Positions 31,047 through 39,442 of a stretch of 43,020 nucleotides of DNA are shown piece after piece. The notes below the pieces were generated by a model that ran no database searches, was not told the origin of the DNA, and saw only the letters and a list, made by a program, of their open reading frames with translations. A program made the translations under genes and the position numbers. Position 1 is the stretch's first letter, and each line of letters opens with the position of its first letter. This DNA is from Candidatus Hydrothermales bacterium (lineage in GTDB: Bacteria; Hydrothermota; Hydrothermia; Hydrothermales; JAJRUZ01), in NCBI GenBank assembly GCA_039630575.1, contig JBCNUW010000017.1:1-43020 (forward strand), in the 5' to 3' direction.

Positions 31047-33172
31047 GAAGAAAAATAGGTATAATTTTTTTAATCTTATCTACATATCTTTTAATTTCAA
31101 TATTACCTTTTAGAGAAAATTTAGGGGGTTCATTTGGAGAAATTTTAAAAAAATTTTTATTTAGAGAGTTAGGGAAAATTTATTCCTTCACAATAGTTAT
31201 AATTTTCGTTTTTTTCTCGATATTTTTGATAAGCCAAAAATTTAAAAAATTCTTTTTTACATTCTCCCTTTATCTTATACTTTTACCTTTTGGATTAAAT
31301 TTTATTTTTGAAAACTTAATAGAGAAGAGTTCAAAAACTTTCCTTCTTTATAAAAAATCTAGAGAACTGTTCAACATCTTTCCTGCGACTCTTATCTTTT
31401 TCTTACTTCTATTTCCAATTATGATATTTATAAAAAATTTAAAAGCCAAAAAAGTGAAAAAAATAACTCATGAAAAAATAAGGGAAAAAAAAATAAATGA
31501 AAAAAAAGTAGATAAGAAGAGAGAAAAAAAAGAGGAATATTATAGTATCAAATTTGAAAAAGAAGAGCTTTTTAAAATTTTTAAAACTGAAGAATTAAAA
31601 TCAGAAATAAAAAAACAAGAACTTGAAGAAGAAGCAAAAAAAATTAAAGAAAAACTTGAAGAGTTTGGAATAAAAGGTGAAATAAAAGAAATTCATCCCG
31701 GACCTTTTATAACGCTTTATGAATTTGAACCTGAAAAAGGTATTCAAATTAAAAAAATAAAGAACCTTTCAGAAGATATTGCCTTAAGAATGAAATCTTC
31801 AAGAGTGAGAGTTGTTACACCTTTACCAGATAAAGGAACAGTTGGTATAGAAATACCAAATAAAAAAACTGCCATATTAAGAATAGGAAATCTTATAAAT
31901 TCTAAAAATTTTGTTAAAACAGGAACATTAACTATACCACTTGGAGTAACAACAGATGGAGACCCCTATTTTACTGATCTGACAAAAATGCCACACCTTC
32001 TTATTGCAGGAGCAACTGGTAGTGGAAAGTCGGTCTTTATTGCTTCTATTATTGTTTCAATCATCTTAAAAGCTGATCCTGAAGAAGTTAAACTTATACT
32101 ACTTGATCCCAAAAGAGTTGAGCTTTCAAGATTTGAGGGGATACCTTACCTTTTAACAAATGTTATAAATGACAGTAAAAAGGCAACAACAATTTTAAAA
32201 CTTGCTACAAACTGGATGGAGGAAAGATATAAGGTCTTTGCAAAAGAAGGAGTAAGAGATATTGAAGGATATAACAAAAAGGTAAAAAAGAAAATGCCGT
32301 TTATAATAATAATAATTGATGAATTTGCTGATCTTATGTTACAGGAAAGGAGCAAGATTGAGTACTATATTACAAGGCTTGCTCAGATGGCAAGGGCTGT
32401 AGGAATTCACCTAATAATTGCTACTCAAAGACCATCGGTTGATGTGATAACAGGGACAATAAAAGCAAATTTCCCAGTTAGAGTATCTTTTAGATTACCA
32501 ACAATAATCGATTCAAGAACTATTCTTGATATATCAGGAGCAGAAAAATTACTTGGAAGTGGAGATATGCTTTTTATACCACCAGGAAAAGGTGAACCTA
32601 TAAGATTACATGGAGCCTTAATATCTGATGAAGAAATTGATGAACTCGTAAAAAGAATTTCCATACCTTACTTTATTAAAAGATTCTACGAAATCACAGA
32701 GAAAAAAATAAATGAAGAAAAAGCTAATATACTTTATGAAAAGGGCTACATTCCTTTTATAACAGGACAGAGAAGTGAAGCAATAGAAGAAGTTAAAGAA
32801 AAGCTTTATGACATTTTAAGTGCTTATTTTAATAATTCCGAAGAATTTGAGGAAAATTTATCTTTATTAAATGAAAATTATTATGAGAAACCCGAGGGAA
32901 TTACATTTTTAAGTGATGAGGAAGGTGTGGAAACTATTGATGTTGAGGGTTTTAAAGTTGATTCACTTATAAAAGAAGCTGCAATAATAGTAGTTTCAAA
33001 TAAAAAAGCATCAGCAACTTTACTTCAGAGAAAACTTAACATAGGTTTTCCAAGAGCAGCCAAAATTATTGATCAACTTGAAAAGCTCGGTATCGTGGGA
33101 CCTTCTGAAGGATCAAAACCAAGAAAAGTTCTTGTAACAATGGAGGAACTTTCAAAGATATTTAGAGAGTGA
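31043..33172 (+). CDS. ftsK: DNA translocase FtsK
   Basis: N-terminal TM helices, GIEIPN, PHLLIAGATGSGKS, IIDEFADL, ATQRPSVDV, GAEKLLGSGDML, gamma domain LQRKLNIGFPRA. Confidence 0.96.
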   Translation: MRRKIGIIFLILSTYLLISILPFRENLGGSFGEILKKFLFRELGKIYSFTIVIIFVFFSIFLISQKFKKFFFTFSLYLILLPFGLNFIFENLIEKSSKTFLLYKKSRELFNIFPATLIFFLLLFPIMIFIKNLKAKKVKKITHEKIREKKINEKKVDKKREKKEEYYSIKFEKEELFKIFKTEELKSEIKKQELEEEAKKIKEKLEEFGIKGEIKEIHPGPFITLYEFEPEKGIQIKKIKNLSEDIALRMKSSRVRVVTPLPDKGTVGIEIPNKKTAILRIGNLINSKNFVKTGTLTIPLGVTTDGDPYFTDLTKMPHLLIAGATGSGKSVFIASIIVSIILKADPEEVKLILLDPKRVELSRFEGIPYLLTNVINDSKKATTILKLATNWMEERYKVFAKEGVRDIEGYNKKVKKKMPFIIIIIDEFADLMLQERSKIEYYITRLAQMARAVGIHLIIATQRPSVDVITGTIKANFPVRVSFRLPTIIDSRTILDISGAEKLLGSGDMLFIPPGKGEPIRLHGALISDEEIDELVKRISIPYFIKRFYEITEKKINEEKANILYEKGYIPFITGQRSEAIEEVKEKLYDILSAYFNNSEEFEENLSLLNENYYEKPEGITFLSDEEGVETIDVEGFKVDSLIKEAAIIVVSNKKASATLLQRKLNIGFPRAAKIIDQLEKLGIVGPSEGSKPRKVLVTMEELSKIFRE

Positions 33173-33999
33173 AAATTCTTTTAACTGGAGCAACAGGTAT
33201 GTTGGGAAATAAGATTCTTGAAAAAGTTAATTATGATTTTATAAAACTTGAAAGAAAAGATTGTGATCTTTCCAAACCATTTGAAATAGAAAATTTTCTG
33301 AAAAAATTACCTAGTATTGATGGAATATGGCATATAGCTGCTTATACTGATGTTGAAGGAGCTGAAGAGAAAAAAAGTTATGCTTTTCTTGTAAATTGGA
33401 TTTCAACTAAAATTCTTACGGATTTTTCTGTTAAAAAAGATATAAAAATTCTTTATATAAGCACCGATTATGTATTTGATGGGTATAAAAAAGTACCATA
33501 CAGTGAATGGGATACCCCAAATCCCTTAAATATTTACGGAAAAAGTAAACTTTTTGGTGAAAAAGAAGTTTTAAAAAACAAAAATAGTCTCATAATAAGA
33601 ACTTCATGGCTTTTTGGTGAAAAAGGTGAGAATTTTATTGTGAAGGTTATAAAAAGAGCAAAGAGAGAAAAAAAACTAAAAGTTGTTATTGACCAGTGTG
33701 GTTCTCCGACTTATACTGAAGATCTTTCAGATGCAATAACAAAGTTATGGTCAAATGAAGAAACTGGAATATTTCATTTTTCAAACAAGGGTGAGATTAC
33801 AAGATTTGAACTTGCAAAGGAGATAATAGAAATTCTAAATTTAGATGTTTATCTAATTCCTTCAACATCTGAAGAACTGAATCTTAAAGCTAAAAGACCT
33901 TCATATTCTGTTCTTGACACTTTTCTTTTTGAAAGCAAAACTAATGTGAAGATAAGAACTTATAGGGAAGCTTTGAAGGATTATTTAAATAAAATTTAA
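33169..33999 (+). CDS. rfbD: dTDP-4-dehydrorhamnose reductase
   Basis: GATGMLG, AAYTDV, STDYVFDG, YGKSK, DQCGSPT, RPSYS. Confidence 0.95.
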   Translation: MKILLTGATGMLGNKILEKVNYDFIKLERKDCDLSKPFEIENFLKKLPSIDGIWHIAAYTDVEGAEEKKSYAFLVNWISTKILTDFSVKKDIKILYISTDYVFDGYKKVPYSEWDTPNPLNIYGKSKLFGEKEVLKNKNSLIIRTSWLFGEKGENFIVKVIKRAKREKKLKVVIDQCGSPTYTEDLSDAITKLWSNEETGIFHFSNKGEITRFELAKEIIEILNLDVYLIPSTSEELNLKAKRPSYSVLDTFLFESKTNVKIRTYREALKDYLNKI

Positions 34000-34804
34000 T
34001 TTTAATGTTTAATATTTTTAAACTAATGGGGGAAGAGAGCGAAAAAAGTTATTCATTCTAAGTCAAATTATAAAAAATTCAGAAAACAAGTAAAATTCGT
34101 ATTAAAATATTTTCAGATAGCAATTAAGGAAAATTCTCACACAAGATTCCAAGAGTAAATTTTTAACTTAGAGGTGAACTATATCTACTCTAGCTAAAAG
34201 GATTTTTTCAAAAAACAGGTTAAATTAAAAGCAGAAAAAACTTGACATTGTTTATTCTCTTATTACAAATAAAAAGTATATTTAAGAGATTCAGTAATTT
34301 GAGAAAATATTTATGAACTTAAGAAATTTTATTTTAAATTAATAAAAAGTTTTCACCAAGAAAGCATATTTTGTAATTTTTTAAGTGTCACTATTTTAAA
34401 AACTCTTTAACTAGGAATTTACAGAATAAAGAGTAAATTGAATAACCTTGCAAGTTAAATTATATATGAAACTCTAAATATGATAAATAAATTGCAAAAT
34501 TTTAAGATTTAACTAAAAAATAAAAATAAATATACTGTAAGTATAGATTTAGGTAACTTATCATGTAATTCGTTAATGCATTATTGGAAAAAAGCGAGTC
34601 CGTTAATTTACAAGAAAACGTTTTTATTAGCAAAAAATACTTTAGCTCAAAAAAATTTAATAGATAGTTTGTAAATACTTTAATTTTTAACACTTACGTC
34701 AACCTATACTTGTGTTTTTTAAAATACTACTTTTACAACTATAAAATTTTTTAAGAAAGCTTATTAAAGTTCTTCTTCAAAGACTTACATAATTTCTACA
34801 TATT

Positions 34805-35797
34805 TTAATCTCTTCCTTTAAAAACATTATAAACGTAAATTGTATATCCTATGACAAAGGGCATCCCAATCAGTGCTATTATAAACATAACTTTTAAAGT
34901 TAAAAGACTGGAAGAGGCATTATAAATTGTGAGACTGTATTCAGGAACATTATTTGCTCTTACAAGATAGGGAAAGTGAATACTTCCAACAATCCCCCAT
35001 AAACTTACAAACAAAAGAGAGGAAAACAAGAAACAAAATCCATCTTTCTTTTTATTTAAAGAGATACCGTATAAAATCCAAAAGAGTAAAGAAAGAGCTA
35101 CAAAAAACCAGGCAAGAAGTTTAGTAAGATTTTCAGGCATCCATATAAGAGTAGCAATAAAAGAAATAATGAATATTATTATAAAGATGATCCAAATTTT
35201 TCTTGCAATTCTATAAGACCTTTCTTTTAATTCTCCATCGGTTTTTAAAATTGAATAACTTATCCCCTGAAGTAATATCATTAAAAGTCCTAAAATACCC
35301 AAAATAAGAGGATAGGGTCTTAATAGAGTGAAGAAATTGCCAACAAAATCAAAATTTTCATTCAACGGAATCCCTATTATCACATTTCCAAGGGCAACTC
35401 CAAATAAAACGGAAGGTAAGAAGCTACCAATTACAAACGCCCATTCCCAAAATCTTCTCCTTTCTTCGTCATGATACCAGAATTCTATTGAAACAGCTCT
35501 AAAGATAAGAGCAAACAGAAGAATCATAAAAGCTAGATAAAATCCACTAAAAACAGTAGCATAAGCATGAGGAAACGCAGCAAAGAGTGCACCACCACCT
35601 GTTAAAAGCCATACTTCATTTCCATCCCAGAAAGGACCTATTGATTTAAAGAGTTTTCTTTTATCATCTTGATTCTTTGCAAGCAATGGAAAAAGAGAAC
35701 CTATTCCAAGATCAAAACCATCAAGGATTGAATAACCAACTAATAAAAGGCCAATCAGAAAGAACCATATTATTCTCAAAACATCGATTGTTTCCAT
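34805..35797 (-). CDS. cydB: Cytochrome bd ubiquinol oxidase subunit II
   Basis: LDGFDLG, PFWDGNEVWL, FAAFP, FRAVSIE; AGGAGG SD. Confidence 0.97.
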   Translation of the reverse strand: METIDVLRIIWFFLIGLLLVGYSILDGFDLGIGSLFPLLAKNQDDKRKLFKSIGPFWDGNEVWLLTGGGALFAAFPHAYATVFSGFYLAFMILLFALIFRAVSIEFWYHDEERRRFWEWAFVIGSFLPSVLFGVALGNVIIGIPLNENFDFVGNFFTLLRPYPLILGILGLLMILLQGISYSILKTDGELKERSYRIARKIWIIFIIIFIISFIATLIWMPENLTKLLAWFFVALSLLFWILYGISLNKKKDGFCFLFSSLLFVSLWGIVGSIHFPYLVRANNVPEYSLTIYNASSSLLTLKVMFIIALIGMPFVIGYTIYVYNVFKGRD

Positions 35798-35811
35798 TTT
35801 TGACCTCCTTT

Positions 35812-37137
35812 TTAATAACCCTCATAAGATATTCCTTCAATTCCTTTTTTAACAATCTTTTTAATAAGATAAATAAAAATTATTAATAAAAAGAGATAGA
35901 TTAAGGATAACATTATTAGAGAAAATAGAACTTGAGGGGCAGAAACAGATGGTGAAATCGCATCCTTTGTTTTTAGAACTTTATAAACAGCCCAAGGTTG
36001 TCTTCCAACTTCTGCAGCTATCCATCCGAACTCATTTGCAAAATAGGGTAAAGGTATTGAGTAAAGAAGAATTTTTAGATACCATTTAGTATCATAAATT
36101 TTCTTTTTCAAAAACAAGAATATTCCTACAAGCGAAAGTAAAATAAAATAAATTCCAAGATAAATCATTATATGATAAGAGTAAAAAGGCAGAATAACGG
36201 GGGGTCTCTCATCACTTGGAAAATCTTTTAAACCTTTAACCTCATATTCTGGATTAAAATCTATAAGGAAACTCAAAAGACCAGGAATACCTATATAAAG
36301 TATATTTTTTTCATTTTTTTCGTCAGGAATTGCAAATATTGAAAAAGGTGCAAAACTCTGTGTTTCCCATAATGCTTCATAGGCAGCCATTTTTTCAGGT
36401 TGAGTCTTTGAAACCTGAACTGAATGGAAATGTCCTGTAAAAAGTTGAATTATTGAAGTAATTATAAAAATTATAAGAGAAGTTCTCAGTAAAATCTTTG
36501 CGTATTCTCTTCCTCTTTCCTTTAAAAGGTAATAAGCAGAAATACCTGCTACCAGTAAGGATCCTGTTATCCATCCTGCAATTATTGTATGGATGTATCT
36601 TATGAGAGTTGATTTATTCATAACGGCTTCAAAAAAGTTAGTTAAAACTGCTCTTCCCCCTTCTATTTTAAAACCCATAGGAGTTTGCATCCACGAGTTT
36701 GCTACTATAATCCAAAATCCTGACAAGTGCGAGGCAAAAAAGACTAAAAAAGCTGAAAGTAAAAAGAATTTTTTTGAAACTTTATTTCTCCCAAAAATAA
36801 GGACTCCTAAAAAGACAGACTCAAGGAAAAAGGCAAAAACTCCTTCTGCTGCAAGGGGTGCACCAAATATATCACCAACCATTCTTGAATAGTTTGACCA
36901 GTTATTTCCAAAGGCAAACTCAAGAACTATTCCTGATGCAACTCCAAGTACAAACACAATTCCTAAAATCTTTATAAGAAAGTTTGAAATTTTCAGATAT
37001 ATTTCTTCTTTTTTCTTTAAATGAAGAATTTCAAATATAAGAATCAAGAGGGTAAGACCGAATGTGGTAGGAGGGAATAAAAAGTGAAATCCTGCAGCAA
37101 GCCCAAACTGAATCCTTGATAAAAGAGTTGCGGACAT
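35812..37137 (-). CDS. cydA: Cytochrome bd ubiquinol oxidase subunit I (short Q-loop)
   Basis: RIQF..FHFLFP, FFLES, ANSWMQTP, QPEKMAAYE, GWIAAEVGRQPW. Confidence 0.97.
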   Translation of the reverse strand: MSATLLSRIQFGLAAGFHFLFPPTTFGLTLLILIFEILHLKKKEEIYLKISNFLIKILGIVFVLGVASGIVLEFAFGNNWSNYSRMVGDIFGAPLAAEGVFAFFLESVFLGVLIFGRNKVSKKFFLLSAFLVFFASHLSGFWIIVANSWMQTPMGFKIEGGRAVLTNFFEAVMNKSTLIRYIHTIIAGWITGSLLVAGISAYYLLKERGREYAKILLRTSLIIFIITSIIQLFTGHFHSVQVSKTQPEKMAAYEALWETQSFAPFSIFAIPDEKNEKNILYIGIPGLLSFLIDFNPEYEVKGLKDFPSDERPPVILPFYSYHIMIYLGIYFILLSLVGIFLFLKKKIYDTKWYLKILLYSIPLPYFANEFGWIAAEVGRQPWAVYKVLKTKDAISPSVSAPQVLFSLIMLSLIYLFLLIIFIYLIKKIVKKGIEGISYEGY

Positions 37138-37153
37138 TTTTCTCCCTTTTATT

Positions 37154-37262
37154 TTAAGTTTTACCTACCAAATCTAATCCAGGTTTTAGTGTTTTTTTTA
37201 CCTGCAGGATTATGATAAGCAGTGGCTTCAAAATCTGCCATTCTTTGATTTATTCGTATCAT
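37154..37262 (-). pseudogene. ahpC: Internally deleted, frameshifted ahpC (2-Cys peroxiredoxin) remnant
   Basis: An AhpC-like N-terminus MIRINQRMADFEATAYHN is joined to an AhpC C-terminal signature PAGKK/TLKPGLDLVGKT*, with a frame change in an A8 run. The whole catalytic core is missing. Confidence 0.75.
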
Positions 37263-37270
37263 ATTCCACC

Positions 37271-37933
37271 CTATTTTAATTCTTTATAGCAAAACCACCA
37301 ATCATAACACTTTATTTCACCTTTTTTGGCTTTTTCAAGTCTTTCTCTTGCAGTATTTTTATCCTTTGCTGGTGGTATTATAACATTTGAACCTATTAAT
37401 TCATTTTTTGGCCAATTCGCAGGTATGGCAACTCCATTTTTATCACTTATTTGTAGCGCCTCTATTGCCCTTAAAATTTCATCTATATTTCTTCCGATTT
37501 CCTGTGGATAATATAAAATCAATCTGATCTTTCCCTCAGGATCAACAACAAAAACCGCTCTTACTGTGTTTGTTCCTTTTCCTGGATGAATAAGACCCAA
37601 TATTCCAGCAATCTCACCTGTATCTGCTATTATAGGAAACTCAATTTCAACACCAAGCTTTTCTTTAATCCATTCTTCCCATTTTATATGAGAAAAAACC
37701 TGATCAACACTCAAACCAACAAGTTCACAATTCAATTCTTTAAACTTATCAATCTTTTTTTGAAAAGCTACAAATTCAGTAGTACAGACCGGTGTAAAAT
37801 CAGCTGGGTGACTAAAAAGAACAAACCATTTGCCCTTAAAGTAATCTGGTAGATCCATGACTCCATGAGTGGTTGTAACCTTTATTTTGGGGAAAGAATC
37901 CCCAAGAAGTGGCATCCTTTTTACTTCTTCCAT
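37271..37933 (-). CDS. Peroxiredoxin, Prx6/archaeal type
   Basis: [30 protein letters not shown]-terminal CYDWWFC. Confidence 0.95.
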   Translation of the reverse strand: MEEVKRMPLLGDSFPKIKVTTTHGVMDLPDYFKGKWFVLFSHPADFTPVCTTEFVAFQKKIDKFKELNCELVGLSVDQVFSHIKWEEWIKEKLGVEIEFPIIADTGEIAGILGLIHPGKGTNTVRAVFVVDPEGKIRLILYYPQEIGRNIDEILRAIEALQISDKNGVAIPANWPKNELIGSNVIIPPAKDKNTARERLEKAKKGEIKCYDWWFCYKELK

Positions 37934-37936
37934 TTT

Positions 37937-38350
37937 TTACCTCCTTTTATAATAATCTTTCATTAGTTCATAAAAATTTACTCTTTTAAGTTCCCTCTCT
38001 ATGTTCTTTCTCATCTCTAACCATAAAGGATGTAGACTACATACATTGCTTAACTTACACTTTCTTTTATCAACTGCACAGAGATTTAAAGAAATAGGTC
38101 CTTGCATTATCTCAATTATTTCTAAAATATTTATTTCTCGCGGATTTTTTAGAAGATAAAACCCTCCATTTTTACCCTTAAAGGATTTAATAATTCCTTT
38201 TTTCTTTAATCTTTGAAGAATTTTAGTAAGAAAATTAGACGGAATAAATTTTTCTCTGGCAATCTCATTAACATCAACAATTTTATTTTTCTTTTGGGAA
38301 AGGTACAAGATACTTCTTATTGCGTAATCAGTTTTTCTTTTTATAAGCAT
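37937..38350 (-). CDS. Rrf2 family transcriptional regulator with three Cys (Fe-S type)
   Basis: TDYAIR, KILQRL, GKNGGF, C-x6-C-x5-C-x2-H. Confidence 0.93.
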   Translation of the reverse strand: MLIKRKTDYAIRSILYLSQKKNKIVDVNEIAREKFIPSNFLTKILQRLKKKGIIKSFKGKNGGFYLLKNPREINILEIIEIMQGPISLNLCAVDKRKCKLSNVCSLHPLWLEMRKNIERELKRVNFYELMKDYYKRR

Positions 38351-38364
38351 AGTTTTTATAAATC

Positions 38365-38379
38365 GGACTATTTTAGTCC
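38365..38379. promoter_or_regulatory. Candidate Rrf2 operator
   Basis: Inverted repeat GGACTA-TTT-TAGTCC between the promoter and the rrf2 ATG; the core matches the IscR type-1 core GACTRwwwYAGTC. Confidence 0.7.
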
Positions 38380-38391
38380 ATTTTTATTTAA

Positions 38392-38420
38392 ATTATACAT
38401 GATTTTTTTAAATTTTTCAA
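38392..38420 (-). promoter_or_regulatory. sigma70 promoter of the rrf2-prx-cydAB operon
   Basis: Minus strand TTGAAA (38420-15), 17 bp, TATAAT (38397-92). Confidence 0.75.
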
Positions 38421-38673
38421 GTTTTTATCTTAACAAGATTTGCCTTCGCAATTTGAATTACTATCATCTTTATTTTTATCTTACATCACAAAAAATTTTG
38501 CAAATCACTTTAATCGTGTTTAACTCTTCAAAAAATTTATAACATCTTAATACCCCAAAATCATCTCTTGCTTTTAATGAATATTCCTTGTAAATTTTCT
38601 TCACTAAAAAAGAAACTTCTTTTATCTATTTCATCTAATTTAGATTCAATCATTACGTAAATAAAAACTTATT

Positions 38674-39266
38674 CCATGTTTGCCAACTTAATTTAAAAAT
38701 CGTTGAATATCAATCATTTTTATTTTCATCTTGTCCCTACCGAAAAATATTTCCCTATTTTTACATCAAAAACCTCAAATACCTTTTTAAAATCTCATAA
38801 ATTGCTCTCTCCACTAAATACCTAAGAACCGCAACAAATATACGATGATTTAACCCTTTTTACTCTCTTTTAACTTTTGGCTTTTTGAATCCAACCTTTC
38901 CTCATTTTTTTCTCATATTCTTTTTTTCTCTTCGCTATCTACTAAAATCCACCTGTCTTTACCTTCTTTTATTTCCACTCATTTTATACCTATTATCTCT
39001 TTCCTAAATTTTATTTTTCTCACACTTTACTCCTTCCTAAATAGCCAATCATTTATTTCTTTGTTTTTCCTTTCTCTTTGCATGACCCCAAAATCCAATC
39101 TTTTACTCAGTCAATTTTTAGATACATTTTAGTCTCTCCTTTAAAAATTTAAAAATTTGTCCCCAGCAAAATTAAAGGGGTCTAAAAATTAAAAATTATT
39201 GAAAATCAAGCGATTTAAATTATAAAGAGCCAAAAAAATCTTTGACTTAAAAAATGGCAAACATGG
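38674..39266 (-). mobile_element. Non-autonomous 593-bp IS derivative (IS1634-like)
   Basis: Perfect 12-bp terminal IR CCATGTTTGCCA/TGGCAAACATGG and an imperfect ~30-bp subterminal IR. Minus-strand transposase-like fragments VEIKEGKDRWILVDSEEK/EYEKKMR and KRVK/HRIFVAVLRYLVERAI. Confidence 0.8.
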
Positions 39267-39442
39267 ATTATCTTATAGAAGTTTGGGCTAAATGTTTGAA
39301 TGTTTGATTTTTTTTCCATACAATTATATACATATGAAAAATTACTTTTTAATTATAATTGGGGAATACTTTCTGAGGAAACTTCAAATATCATGAAATA
39401 TGAATTACCAAAAAAAGAGTATAGACTAAAAATGCTTTTATA

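Noticed and set aside
34502..34693. 63-aa ORF downstream of cydB as a possible cydX/cydS
   Set aside because: GTG start without an SD, over 100 nt from cydB, and no resemblance to CydX/CydS.
34000..34804. Possible oriC or dif site near ftsK (e.g. minus-strand TTATGTAAGTC near 34783-34793)
   Set aside because: No cluster of TTATCCACA-like DnaA boxes, and the XerD-like half-site has no matching XerC arm at 6-bp spacing.
38213..38542. 109-aa plus-strand ORF
   Set aside because: It overlaps rrf2 and its promoter/operator on the opposite strand, and is a low-complexity AT-rich translation.
38470..38673. Minus-strand fragment EIDK/EVSFLVKKIYKEYSLKARD, faintly like a PIN/VapC helix
   Set aside because: It needs a frameshift and the similarity is too weak to call without a search.
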